From Fimbriosthenelais zetlandica (Eukaryota): a stretch of DNA of 64,000 nt. This document shows, one piece after another, positions 1-14,300 of the stretch. The stretch covers positions 49,042,001 through 49,106,000 of the forward strand of contig OZ365110.1 in assembly GCA_977030845.1 (NCBI GenBank), read 5' to 3'. The notes beneath the pieces are model-generated. The model ran no database searches. It saw only the letters and a program-made list of their open reading frames with translations, and was not told the DNA's origin. The translations under genes and the position numbers were made by a program. The number at the start of each line of letters is the position of its first letter. The stretch's first letter is position 1.

Positions 1-3000
1 TCAATACTAACCATCTTATCACCGTTGACCCCTCCAACAGCCAGGTCTGACCTATGGATTCTCCGGGAAATTCATATGCAGAAAAGGCTAGAGTCAAAGG
101 GGCTGTTCACAGTGAGGCCAGATGATAATGTACTTAGTCTAAGCCTTAGAACAATGCCTGTTCAGAATGTTGATGATGCAGGGCGTAATGATGGCTCGGC
201 ATGTGGAGACTTGTCTGGCATGTGTCAAGCCGGCTCCAAGTCACCGCAGATGACACATGTGACATTAGAGCATAATGCGTTTTGTTAGGAAATTTTCAGC
301 CAATCCAATTATCCTGGATCTATGAATATAAATGTTACTGTTTATCCTCAAAAGGATCTTTGGAAGAAGCGGGAGGGACAGGGATAATATATTCAACGTC
401 GAAGCTAAAGGACTATTAAGATGTAACTTGATTGTGGTCTGAGCCGGTGGGCGGGGAGCGGGGTGGAAATTGTGTTCGTTTAAGTGGGGCTGTGAGGCGT
501 GTTTTAAAAGAATAGCAAAATTTAGAGTGAAATGGGCTGTGCTGTCTTCTGGCCCAAGATGGGTGCCAGACCGTTACTTGCTCAATCACAAAATGTGACA
601 CACCCCCGCATAAGAGGTCTATCATTCCCATTACGATACAGTTTCTTCTAGAAAGGTTCTTTTCTTAGTGAAAAGAGAAATGTAATTGGCATATATATTG
701 TCCATCCAATACGTCCTTTTATTCTAAGTGAAAAGCTACACATGTCAAACTTTCGAAGGAACAGTAGGCCTAGTTTTAGACCATGCTTAGTCCACTTTTG
801 AGCCACTGTCAATCTGTTTAGCCAGGGGTCACCAAGACTTGAGAACATTTTAACAAGATTGGGATTTTACTCCAGTGTCACTGACATTATTGAGTGCTGG
901 CAATCATTTTCAAGATTCACTCTATATCCCAACTTTATTCCAGACATTCTCCGTCACTGTCCACTGTCAACGTTAGTGACAGCAGGGATCAATCCATCTT
1001 CAAGCCAACTTCCCTGACTCATCTGTCAAAGTATACTATTTTTGGATCTATATACGCAATATCACAACACTGTTGCCATTACTTTGTAACCAATAGCTTG
1101 TAGAAAGTGGATGGAAGTCCTTCATTAAGGAAATGTGACTTGGATAATGAACAGAGAATGGTTATGTATTTATGACCAGCCAGAGGGCATTTAGCTCATT
1201 ATATTGGGCCAGCCATTACACCTATATCCCACCTCTATTATTTCGCAAATCAGAAGAGGTCGTATATTTTCAAAGGATTTCTCCTCTCTACATAAATTCC
1301 CAAACAAGATCATGAGCCTTAAGCCTCCATATTGGGTGCTGTCAAGGTGGGAATGGGTTCCTGGATTTTCTTCGGCTCGGGCGGGTTTTGTTTGTAATAG
1401 TGGGTGAGAGAATTTAAGGGTGTGGTAAAGGATGAGTAGTGAGTGGGTGGTGGGTGGGTTGGTGTTGTTTTGGTGGAGGGGTTGTTTGCCAATGTTGATC
1501 ACATAGCCACAGATATCGCACCCTGAGAACTGATTTAGTGAATGTGGGCCCAGGCTTCCCAAATAAGACAATATTCATGGCTGCTTTAAAGGCCCCATCA
1601 ATGACAGTTCCCAAGATTTACGCCTTGTGTTTTATGGAACGACAGGCGATAATACTACAGAGGTTATCGCCCTGTCTTGCATCAGAGCATCAGCATGGAA
1701 GATAAAATTGCAATCGCGTGATGCCGGCGACATAACACCATTATTTTTTACCTGCCTGAGCGGGCTAAAAATTGCCACTGGTTTTAAATGTGATAAGTTA
1801 TCTTTTAATGACATTCTTGTAATCATTATTTAACGGGCAATATATCTAAACTAAATTAAAACGCATCCACGGTGCTGCCCTGTCTCACTTCAGTCTGAAC
1901 ACTTTACTCATTCCTCCAACCCCTGAACCTCGCCATCATTTTCGTTCCATTCATCAGTATTTTTTTTACAGATAATGCTTTCTTATGGCTCCTCCGACAG
2001 TCCATTTGGTGCAGGATAAATTCTAAATGAGTTGATTTTCTTTTCATTCCAACTGTGTAATGGCTAAGCGACATTCAACTATAATTTACTGCAGGGAAGG
2101 GACTGTTGTTATTTAAACAGGGGTGGGGTCGTTATTTTCAGGAGTAACGTTCGTTAGATATCTATCCAACAGAAACATAAAGATATTATAAATGAACGAC
2201 TTGCAAGAAACTACAACGAATGTTTGTTCTAATTGAAAATACAGGTATGCAATGACTTGATCAGTTTGATGGACAAGCATCCGGACATACACACAGAAGT
2301 CAATAAGAAGATGGCAGAAGATGCATGGAAGAGCGATGAAGGAAGAAAAGAAGGATCCAGAGATTGGATATCAAATTATAAATATTCATAAGAGTTGGAG
2401 TCGGCGAAAGAAATTGCCATCCGCAATATTAAGGGCCGCAGAAAAAGATCAGACATTAAAATGCCATGACATGCTGAAGTTGCCTTTTATGATTTTAATG
2501 TTTTTATGCATAATTGTGAGAGGCCTTCTTTTCCCTTGGGGGTTGGCAATGCCGAGAATGGTTTCAACACACAAGGGAGCACAGACGCCCAACATGGAAA
2601 TCGATACAAAAATCATTAAAACACACAAATAACATGAACAAATAGAGAAAATAACAAGCCTTAATAGTAATATTTGAAGACCCTCAATGTAATTCACTAA
2701 AACCAACGCATGAATAATAAATCTAGGCAAGGAATTGCCCAAGTTGACAGTAAATTATTCAAAAAGAAACTCTAAACAACCCTCGCTGTATCAAATTATC
2801 ACGATAAAGGCATAAATACCCTTTGAGGTCAAGCCATCTCAGAGCGTACAAATTGAAACGGAATCGACTTTGGAACATTATTAAATGTGGAAGTTAGTAG
2901 GGCCTATTATGTATCCACGTACATATATAGGGAGTGGAAGCAATTTCATCGACACAATAAAAAAGAAGCTGGTAGTATTCAAGTAAGAAATACTTTTTAC

Positions 3001-4720
3001 AGGGATAATGAGAAGCGTAAATAGTATTGGCGAGTAAATATGTGAGGAGAGCCCATCTATTTGGTGAGGATAGGCCTGAATAAGCTGTTGATAAGGTCCA
3101 GGCTTCTATAATGTAAAGTAAAGGAGTCTGGCTGCTCCACAAAGGAGCACTTGAGATAAAGCTGGGCGGCAGAGCAGCCAGCCAAGAGTCTCCTCTAGGG
3201 AATGTGACATGCATTCACAACCTCCTGTATGGCCAAACACCAGGCTTATATGATACTCCAAAACATCCCATACACATGTCAATGACCACAAGTGCCTGGC
3301 GACCGCAGAGAAGCCAGACGTACCAGTCAATGGCTGGCACCGACCATAAACATTTACGGTTCAACAAGATTTACGGAGTCCAGGGTTCCCACTGATTCCG
3401 TCATATGAAATACTGCGATTTCTCCAAGCGACTGACGATTTTCCAGGAGGGCCCCATTTGATCGTTAGCCTAATACAATAATAAGCCTATAGGTGTTATA
3501 ATTACCATTACATGTATATGAACGTTCTAGATTGTTACAAATGTATTCCTTCCCATGAAATCACAGTAATCTTCCTTGGAAACATTATGCATCAGAGTGT
3601 AATTTATTCTAATTTGGTGAGGACTGAGATCTATTTTTCTTAATATTCAAGGTCTAAACGTTAAATTCTAGTGTCTAGCGGTTTTCTTCCCGCACAAATT
3701 CAACAATTTTCCTGGTTATTCCCCTTTTCATGTTTTACAGGTGCCGCAGGAAGCCTGGAGACTGCCCATTAGTCAAACCTATCATTGGTAGAAATTATCT
3801 GGTATTGGGAGTAAAATCAGTCATGAATTTTCCATAGAGACAGTCGGGGGAGGATCTGTGCCATACCAGCTTGGCAATAATGTAATGATCCCTAGATCAA
3901 TTAGCTGGATATTTGAGATAATGCAACCTATTTGCTAAGCATTTTTTTGCATGTCAGTTTCAGTGGCATTAAAATCACTGCAGCCAGCAGTGAAAGCAGT
4001 GGCCATATGAAGCTATTTATAGCATTGGATATGGCTGCTTATGGGGAGGCATGGAAACTAGGCATCAGATTGAGGTGGTAATTACCCCCTGGCACCCTCC
4101 TCATAGTTAAGGGGGAAATACTTTAGCGTTGCCAACGTAACCAGGGATAACGAACCCTTCTAATGACATAAAACAATGAGGGAAGGTTAGACCCTACCCA
4201 GACAGAGTCGATGGTATAGGCAGTGATGCCTGAGGCAAACAGGAAATTATCACCCAAATTCACAACCCAATATTAATTCTCTAAGATGTATACTGACATG
4301 TAAGTTTTTATCTTCTTCTTGGTGGAGTATTTTTAACCGAAGGGCATATAGCATATGTATCAGGACATGTCTAGTTTCAAAGTATGACCGAATTAAAGTC
4401 TTCCCAGATTATGATCTATCTTGGAGATGCTACTTATAAATATGCATACAAGATATTTAATGTTAACATTAATAGACACCATAATTGTGGTTTTTCAGTG
4501 CTTCTTTATAATTGCTACATCTAAGAAATGATGGAAGATACCATGTATTAACTGACCCACCAACTTTATACAAATCCAAGAACAATTTGGCAAACTGCGA
4601 AAGAATGTGCTCTGGGGGATAATGTTTGTGATCAAAACCAGTTGATTATAACATAAAATCACAGAGTATATATATGAAGGCTATAAGCTAGTGGTTTACT
4701 AATAGCTGATTAGACCACCA

Positions 4721-4772
4721 GCCCTAAATTAGAACCCTGGCTTGGGAGAGCGAAGGCATCTACTTAACTAAA
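4721..4772 (-). mobile_element. Possible decayed tRNA(Gly)-like / SINE head fragment
   Basis: Minus strand ttagttaagtagatgccttcgctctcccaagccagggttctaatttagggc loosely resembles tRNA-Gly(CCC) GGTAGAATTCTCGCCTCCCACGC...GGGTTCAATT. No intact cloverleaf. Confidence 0.2.
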
Positions 4773-5582
4773 TTGACTTGTCTCGTAAGGCGATAAAGAG
4801 AATATTGTCCACACATAGAGCAGCTGATAGGATAGCGAGATGACGAAGCCCATCATTGCCCTTTTTCTTATTTTTCCTTAATACAAACGAATCCCATAGG
4901 CAGGCACCGGATGCTTTAAAGGTTAAATAAGAATCAGATGTAGGGATTTTGTTTTCGTTGCTATAGCTTTACATGTGCCGTCATCTTATGGGATTATGTA
5001 GAATTATATTTCAGTTATCAAATGCTTCATTCACAGTAATGTGTTATCTTGGGAGGGTTTTGTGAAGTTAACTATAGTCATATAGCCACATTCCAATGTA
5101 TTCTATGTTAAGATTCCTATTTCAACCATGTAGGCCCTATGTACTGTAAGAGTAAATGGTTGCAAACCATGTCCTTGACACCATAGCAATGCATCACAAA
5201 TAGAAAGGTTTCGACATTTGGTCTACTACATGGATGAGCCCAGGGGAAGGAAAAAATCATCTGTCATTTCTTAAGGATGAGTATCATTAGCTTATAGTCT
5301 CGCCATTCACTAAAGCAACGGTTCTATTTTATATAAAGCGACTCCCAGCAGGAGAGGAGGATACCAAATGGGCCGCAGGCTTCAAGTATTGACATTGAGA
5401 CATCTGATCATTATGACTCGGTAAAGTAAGAAACATACTCATGTTTCCTCTCTGACAACTGGTGTTTCAAATCAACTATGGAGGCAGCGCTTGCTGCATG
5501 GGCCGATCATCAATATAGAGGGAAGACATAGGAGGAATGAGGAGAAGAAAAAAGGCTGGATTCAGGAATCCATCATCATCAT

Positions 5583-5611
5583 GGGGTGTGGGGGGAGAGG
5601 GGGCTGGGGGG
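5583..5611 (+). other. G-quadruplex-forming motif G4-TGT-G6-AGA-G5-CT-G6
   Basis: Four G-runs of 4-6 nt with 2-3 nt loops, read directly from the sequence. Confidence 0.6.
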
Positions 5612-6059
5612 CTATACATCCACTTGATGAATGAGATCAGGGTCGTGCAGGAAGAGTCATGCATCCTAACCTGTCCACAAATCATACTTATCACTTACTT
5701 CTTAAAGGGGTGTTTATACCTGGAAAACGGCCTGTCTAGTAGGCCTGGAAAATAGCACTTTAACCTGGCATATAACTGGATTAAAGACCTGGATCTCTTC
5801 CTCCCTCTTAATAATCCTTTCGCTGGATGACAGTATGGTAGTTAGACCATGACTTCTCTCTATGAATAGCTTAATATAGTAATAAAATATAAGAGGTCTT
5901 GCAAACAGCTTGAGAAAAGATCATACACGATGAATATTGCCTTTAAAATTAGGCTTAGGCCTACATGAATATGCAAAGCCCCCATATGAGTGCTTTTCCA
6001 TGTTTCCATCTGAATATTTTTCAACCTTGCTCTATATATAGCCATACCCCTGACAACCT

Positions 6060-6165
6060 GAGGAGAGAGAAGTGAAAATGCCCTGGTTACATCTCGGGAT
6101 TGAACCACTGACCCTGTGATCCTTGAATGAACTGGTATTCATACCAACAGATTTAACTTGATTTC
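6060..6165 (-). mobile_element. Decayed tRNA-derived SINE head (A-box/B-box relic)
   Basis: Minus strand ...ctgttggtatgaata (A-box-like) ...agggtcagtGGTTCAATCCCgagatgtaaccagggcattttcac. The B-box GGTTCAATCCC lies ~40 nt after TGGTA, close to tRNA spacing; no pairing acceptor stem. Confidence 0.35.
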
Positions 6166-8234
6166 GGTTGACCTGATTCTAGTAAACTGAATGCCTATAT
6201 ATGACAATGTCTCTCTAAAAAAACAAAATGTCATCCAAGAAAAGCAAAGTAGTCCCTTATGGCCAGACGACAATAATATTGCTTCTCATGAAAAAGAATC
6301 CCTTCATTCCTAGAGAGGAGCTGCCGGAGTAGCCGAGTGTCACTTTGATGTATCTCAGGCCTTGCACCAATGTCGCCGTAAGAAGACAAATGATCACCAA
6401 GATCATTTAAGTCTCTGGGACCAAGCCCCATTTAAACACCAGCAAATTTAGCAACGTGAAATCAATTTCAACACGATTTATGCATTAAGACAATGTCTGC
6501 TGTTTCCAATTTGCATTTCATTTGCATGTTTCCCCATGAAGAGTCTTCGGCCATTAGGTTTCCCTGATGCGTCATTTTCACTGGGACAGCTTCGTCTTCA
6601 CTCGGCTATCAAGGAAGGCAACACGGAATAACCATTCCACTCTAAAGTTGATCATAATTACCAGCTTCCTGACAGAAAATAGGCCACTTTGAGGGATGTC
6701 CCAGTGCTTCTTCTCCTTCTTCTACTACCAACCTCATGTTATCTAGGAGTTGAATCTCAAGGGAACCACACCCACTACAACTTGTCACCAAGCAGAGGAC
6801 CACCAAGCTTCCAGATAAAATATCGATAGGACATCACCAGTAGAGAATGAGGACCAAGGCCTGTTAACTGAGTTAAATACGCTTCCAATGACAGCCTGAC
6901 CATAAATTTGTTAAAAGTTAGCTCATCGGGATAAAATACTTTTGATGTTTTCATCATTTTCTTTGTCTTCGAGAGTCGTCATTCGCAAAATGAAATAACT
7001 TTTTATGATGCTCGTGGACAAATGCAACAAAGACAATTCTGAGATCTGATAACTAATGGAGAAAAGATTGTAACTTATATGGCTGAAAAGGTGCACAAAA
7101 TGAAGCCGAAATTCATTCTTGGTCAAGTTAACAATGTTTAAAAATTGGAGGAAAGTTCTTAGCAATAGCTAAATCCCCTAAGTGCAATTTTGAGCATATG
7201 AACAAATAATCTAAATGAAGAAAAATAAGCTCCCCCACCCTGGAAGGAGTGCAAAAAAACAGCTCCTTTATTATAGAATATTAGATCCGAAAGAGGACAG
7301 TCTTGGTTGATCCAACCATCTCTGATGATGTCAAGATACCGGAGTGCCGTGTGCCGAACTTGGCGACACAATCCATCACTGCTCCAGATTGCCTTCAACT
7401 TCCTTAGATGTGGGTCAGTCCGCCTGGTGGGAGATCAGAGGAGATGCAGGACAAAAAACAGATGCAGGATGTGGAAAAAAAGATTTAAAAAATCAGCTGA
7501 CACAGATTCCACACCCCTCGATACAGGGTGTGATAAGCTTAGGTTGGAAACCTTTAAAGAAGCTGAAACAGATACAGAAGGCAGGAAAAGGCAGCTATCA
7601 ATGCCTATCTTGTTCGGAATGCTAGCCAAATGATTTTAGCAATTCCATAAATATATTTATAGACCCGAGGAAATATTATATTAGGAGCATATTGATTATC
7701 ATAATATTACCAGGGGTATACGCTTGGAAGCTCCTAATGTGACAACGCTTGGTTTTGAGCAAAATGTATAGGAATATGCAAGAGTGTGGTCTTTCCAATT
7801 AGTATCGGGGGTGCAGACGCTGAATTCAGGTGATAGTGTTTAGTGAAGACTCAACCGTATAAACTCAAGGTGAGTCCCAACACCCTGGTAAACAAGAACC
7901 ATTCAAGTAGTTACAGAGAATAGTGAGACACGACCTCTAGACAATGGTAATGAATTGTCTGGCCAGGAGTTGAAACCAGGAGAGGTAAGCTAGTACCATG
8001 TGGATCATGCTAGCCTCCCGGCTCCCTGGCTCAGGGCCTTCTTGCTATAGTATAATATCTCTCAGTCTGGGTCTCTTAATTAGGCTCGGCATGCGGGTCA
8101 GCCGGTCCATCCGGCCACCATCATTAAGCCAAGGGCTCAGTGCCCCATGATGGCTTAAACGGGCGAATCACGGCTCAGGGGAAACTACCCGAGCCTGCTC
8201 CTTCCTCCTGCTTTCACGCCTGTCCAAGCAAGAT

Positions 8235-8330
8235 AGTGTCCATGCCGGTGACCTGAATGCATTCACCACGGAGCTAATCTATGGAGAAATGAGCCTCGTA
8301 GAGCAAATGGTCAGTCTAGGCTGCATGAGC
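8235..8330 (+). mobile_element. Possible LINE apurinic endonuclease (APE) fragment
   Basis: The frame from 8238 reads VHAGDLNAFTTE...LVEQM; AGDLNA resembles the APE GDFN motif. Short and unsupported by flanking motifs. Confidence 0.25.
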
Positions 8331-11300
8331 ACGGACATGACCATTTCAAAAAGCACCGGGACAGGGACATGAATTTGCGATTGTAAAGGGTAATTCCTTA
8401 GCCATTTGGTCCAATACCTGCAATATGTCTTATATGCGAGACATATTATTAGGATGGCAGTTAATCACTTCTTAATTGCTTTCTGGGTAGAAGCTGTTAA
8501 CTGTTCGTTCCCAAAGGCAAGCTTGAAAACTCATATATCTTAACTCAATGTTAATAGAAACTGAAACTTTCCCACTTAATTTCGCCAGCAGATATTTCAT
8601 GTCTGCAGATTTAGGAGACTCTATCCTAAAGCTTTCCACTATTAATGAATTAAAGATGGCTTCATGGGGCGTAAATAAGGAACTGCCGTTTTCAGAATAC
8701 TTGTTATTTAACCAATTTCTGAAAACTTAAAGGCATTGAATAACCTGAATGCCCATACAAACTTTCGATACAATACCAGTTTAGCATGTCGGAATGCAAC
8801 CTCTTGAACTAAACATGGTGAATTAGGTTCAGGTAAATATGTACATCTGTGTCTTTTAAAATTAGTCTTGTCATCATGGCAACGAAAGGAATGGGCGTCT
8901 CCAAGTCCCTTTGACAAGCAAAAGCAAATAGCACTTTCATGTTACCTGGTTATGTCTTCTCTGCACGAGATCAGCTGCGAGCTGCCAGTAGGATTTTGGA
9001 CTATTGTTTCTCCTTACGTATTTCATGTCAAAGAAATGGAGATCTTATTTCAAAATACACAGATAAAATGATGTTCATGGAAGCACGCAATAAGAGCAAC
9101 TTCAGAGCACATGTCACCTGTACAAAATACAAATGAAATGAACTCTACCTTGTGACATGAAGAACAAAGGTTGGTAAAAAGGTCAGCACTTTTTATTTAT
9201 AGGATCTCTTAATGGTTTATCCGAGTACCATTAGGTCATGCCTTCGAAGGAGGAGTTAAGCGTACCTTAGAAAGAAGGGCTTAAAACAAGACATGTATAA
9301 TTGCCTTAGATGGGGACTAAATGAACCGAGAAATTTCTACTGTAGTGATTTTGAACTCCAGCAGACTGAGACTGGAGACAAAAAAGAATTGACAGTCACA
9401 AGTTCTTATTCAAGCGTTCACAATGGGAGCTTTTCACTGGAAAAACTCTTGACACGTACAAGGAACTTAGTTTCCTCATGAAATTGGATTTTTCCTCCTG
9501 CTGCTTTGACTTGCCGGTATGTCATCCTAGTGCTGCTGCAGAAAGAACAATACACTTGATTGTAGCTGAGCGTCCCTTAACCTCCAAAGACGGGGGTCCT
9601 AATATCCTCGATATTGCTAGCTGTCTGCCTCAAGCCAATCAATCTGTCCAACAAGCTGTCCTATTCTCCCCATGTCAGCTCCACAACCCAGATTCTCCCC
9701 CACCCCTGCTCCTCTCCTCAACATCTCACCTAGACTTGCATCTACCCTTTCAAAGAAAAAACCACCACGAAGGTCATAGTCTTGTTTTTTCGTTTCCTTT
9801 CTTTCTCTCTAATCTCTCCCCTGCTGCAAATTTGAAACAATCCCTGCTGAGATGATGGCTAAAATGGCTAAAAGGCTAAAAGGTTCTGCTTAAAACAGCA
9901 TCGATTATGGCTGGGAACGGAACACCTCAAGGAGGCAGCGTTAGGCCGTGTATTCAGGACCCTGGCTCAATGGTTCCTCCAGGCTCTCTCCTAACACAAA
10001 GTGGCAGCGTTTTAATTGTGCCAGCAGCAGAACAGATCATAAAACATTCTAAATGTTAAAATATCGCCCCCTTTGTCCCGTGCATTTGCTCTGCCATGGA
10101 GACGCAGGAGGGAACATAGAATCACTTTGAGGAGGTCTCTTGTTTTTACCTTAGTACCTTTTATGCATTCCTTTATGAAGGCGATAGGAGGGCTTAATGT
10201 TTCCCCTTTTGGGGGAGGGATGTTGAATGTTGTGAATATTTATACATTAAGTCCTACCTTAATGACAGCCACCTTTTACATGGCTGAACCCCTGCTATCA
10301 AGGCACACTTAACACAGCAATTCATGTAGCCAACAAAAAGGGCCATAACCCTCTACACTAATAGCTTTCGCCTGTGGCACTAGCATGCTAAGGATTTTCC
10401 ATTCCATCAACTTCTAAGCAAACAAGTCTGCTCTGCATTTTGACTTGATTATGAAATGCAGCTGTGCTTGTTCGCCGAGTGCTAAAGAAGTGGCAAGGAC
10501 TAAAAGATTAGGGCCAGGTCTAAGTGTTGCTTGATTTGTTCTCAGAAAAGATGTTGTTGCGAAGACTTTTCCAAACTCAAACTATACTTTGTATGGAAAC
10601 AATAAGGCCCAGGTTCTCCGATGCATACACATCACAAAATATATACAATCAGTAGTTGCTGAATTCAAGATTATGTAACAAATTACTTGGATTTATAACA
10701 GAATGAACCTTTCAGAGATTTCTGATTTGAAATTTACAGCAAAGGTTCTAAGCAAGTTTTGAGATGAGGACTGTCAGATGGGAGTAAGTGTCAGGACATG
10801 GCTTGCAGTTGGAGAAAGCAAGCCAGTGGTGTCAGGCCAACTAGGCAGACATCCCTTTCCCAACTCCCCTATCCACTAGCAATCTATAAAAGAGATACAA
10901 GCGCCAAGCTCTGGGTGACAGGCCAGGTCTGACATAATACTTTCTGAGCGAGAAACTTTGTCCTGCCAGCAAACCTAAAAGGTTTTCAGCCGTGGGTCCA
11001 ATGAAGCAAACCGCCTTAGGAGCTTCTGTTAATATAATTAAGTTGAGACCATTGGCAGTGAAAACTCGCTTTCGCAAAACCCAAAGCCATTTATTGTGGA
11101 AATGAATGTTCATCATTACATGTCTGGTTCTACATTTAGTAGTTTCTCCAGCCTACACTACCATAGTGAATGGTGTAAATAAAAGTATCTGAGTGGTAGA
11201 AACTTTATGAAGATTGGATTCTTTCACCTTGGGCTAACACAAGCAAGTCATGTATGAAGGAAGTTAGCAGGTCCTGATCCTGCCATCAGACAAGGGCACA

Positions 11301-14300
11301 GAGAGAAGTAGTGTGTAGGTCCGCCTTCGATGAATTATGGGGAAAAGGCATAACAGAGTGTTCTGACCGAGATAAACTTGTCAAATTGAAGTCTTCCTTG
11401 GTGCAGACGCGCTAAAACATGTCATAAAGGGGATTAGAGGAGTGCCATGGTGAAACCTCCAGCAATGATGGCACTGGGGTCCGGGGATGTGTTATGATGA
11501 TACATAAGCCAATAAAAACAGCCCCAAAGCCAGCGTTCATGTCGATTTATCACTTACCACCGCTGCCTGCCTCTCTGCTACATGCACAATATCAGTACAA
11601 TGTGCAAGGTCCTAGGCCTGGAATGAGCATCAACGGAACCATTCTATGTATGTCATGTTAGGTTAGCTTCAACTGGCGGCCATGTTTGATGGCTAAGCTA
11701 TTGGTCCACGACGCCATGGACGAGAAGCAAGATATGAAATATCAGAGCATCATCACTGCGGTGGAATGGTCAACAAGGAACATATTGTGCTGAAATAGGT
11801 TTTAACCATGGGTGAACATCTGATCAATGTTCTTGGTAACAGAAAATCCAAGGGTAGAAAGGACATTATTTCAAAATATGTTGATTCGTATAGTAATAGA
11901 TAATTTATGTTTGATCAACATTGAAAACTAAAAGTAATTTTCTAGGCCTATCATCGCCTGATGGTACATTATATGTGTAGGCCCCAGGATGAGACTGCAT
12001 GTAAAAAGAGCTTAAAACATCCGGTGAAAGGGGTGGAGGGGAACATCCATCTCAGGAGTTGTGAAATGGCGGCTGCCTTCTGATTAATCCCCTAGAAGAC
12101 AGAGGAAGATATATTTCAAGGCAAACGTTGTCTACCCCCCCTTCCTCCTTCTGTACCTACTGGCACTTTCATTTCAATGCTCTAATTCTGTATGCCACCG
12201 TACCACAAGCAATTCTCTCCTCTCCCCTCATTTCATGCCAACTTCCATTCCTCCTTTCCACTTTCTTTGTCCGTATATAGCTTCCTCTACCTAATAACAA
12301 TTCATCTTAAGTTTGCCTTAGTGACCACCATTTATGAAGATATAAAAGGTTTTTCTTTGGATCAAGGCCGACAGAACCTGTTGTGGTTGTTGGCAAACTC
12401 CTAAGTGGTGAGGAATGCCATTAAATCAATGTTTACGTTGCGATCTTGGGTATCCTTAGATTTTAGTGTCTTTAGTAGGGGAGACTTGCAAAGCAAGCAT
12501 CACGATTTATCGTCCCAATCAGCTCTCATCCATCAAAGTGTCCCCAGTTTATCCATTGTCTCCATGACTGGCGCTTTGGCCATTAACAACTGGGTAAAAA
12601 CCAAAGCAGGGAATATTACTGCTGAAATAATCAAACTTGGAGGACGTGTCTTGATGGCAGACCCGCAATTCTCCATATAAAATGAGCATTGGAAAAAAGG
12701 CAAACTGGTTTGTGTGTTTTGATGATCAAAAAAAAAAAAGTTGGGTACACCACCGAGCCATCTCATTCCTATGCTTTAATCAATATGAAGTCCTTTTTTA
12801 AAGGATTAGTCATACGTCTTATAGTGGAGATAGAAGAGTGTATCTTTGTGGTGGTGAGAGACTAGACACCAGGCTATGTACCCTATCAGTCGTATCATGC
12901 TTGATGTACAAAAGACACATATATGAAGACTGTGGATTACCTCTGAGCCCTCCTGGGTTATTCGGTACCATATTGTCATAACACTAATGCTTGGAGCACA
13001 CAAAGCCAATTTTCCATCCCTTTCCACTATTTTTTTCATCCTTGAGGTTTTGTATTTAATATTCTACACCAAGACCAAGGTAACGATACCCACTGGCAAA
13101 ATTATTTAGTTATAAAATCAGTAATTAAAAAGCATGATGGTAAATTTGTTTCGTGGGTCCAGAAGGTTATCTAGGAATACCTCCCCTATAATTTCAGCCA
13201 TCCGTCCCACCCCCATCCACCCATCCATACCCATCATCATCTGAGACAGAGACCACCAGTGTAGACAGTGAAGAGAGTGCACTTCTCAGAGCAGATGTTT
13301 GTCAATGGCTATTATTAAGACCATGTTCTGAGCAATGAGTACAGGATATAACAACTCTAAGTTACTGTATATATGTACCAGTCAGTCCGGTTGATGCAAG
13401 CCCAGTCAAGACCATTAGACTGGACATGAACACCTTACCATAAAGGTCTTTTGATATGTTCATACCAGATATTGCTTCATACATAACTGCTTCCTTTCTT
13501 CCTTTGCTATTATTTAAAGCCGTATTAGATGAACTAGACCCCAGCTCCAACCAATCAGAGGGTAGCATTTGGCTGATAGATTACTCTCGGCTGCCTGCTG
13601 GCTTGGCTAGGGTCTGGGTGCAATTGGTTTGGTGCATTAGCAGGGCAGAGCACTTTAGAGAGAATATTTCCATCTCCACAAAAAGCTGAATTATGTAAAG
13701 GGGTTATTTGTGGGATGGTTATATGGACTAACGGGAGTGGGGAAAGAAGGGGATTGGGTGAAGTTTGAGAATATAAATAGTGAGTGATAATGGTGAGTGG
13801 GTGATAACTGATAAATGGTTGGAGAGGCCATTTTGCGACATAAGAAAAGATACATGATGAAATAAAGGAGAGAATAGTGACGGGTATGAGACATAGTAGT
13901 AGGGGCTATTTAAATGACGAGACTTTAAAAGAATTTGGACCGGTAGAGAAAATGAAAGCAAGCCCAAAGAAAAAAAAAGGTCAGAGAGTGTGATCAAGAG
14001 GAAGAAATCAATATAGATCGGGAGGTTATCAACAAAACACATACAACAAAACATGCCAGAACATGTAAATCCACTTTACACTAACATGCCGATCTATACA
14101 TCGATAGCCAACGAAAGTAAAGGTAAATAATTAAGTACTCAATTTAACAGATTGAAGCAATGACGATTGGTGGGAAATGGGTTCAGGTGTGAAACAATTA
14201 TACAAATTAGGCCTAAAGTACAAATGTTTAAATTACCATGGACTTAATTATATCTAACGGTTCTCCAAAACCATTAATAAACTATTTTCTCTAGCCTTAA

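Noticed and set aside
13456-13689. PLLLFKAVLDEL as an RTE-type RT motif
   Set aside because: No QG upstream or ADD downstream at the expected spacing.
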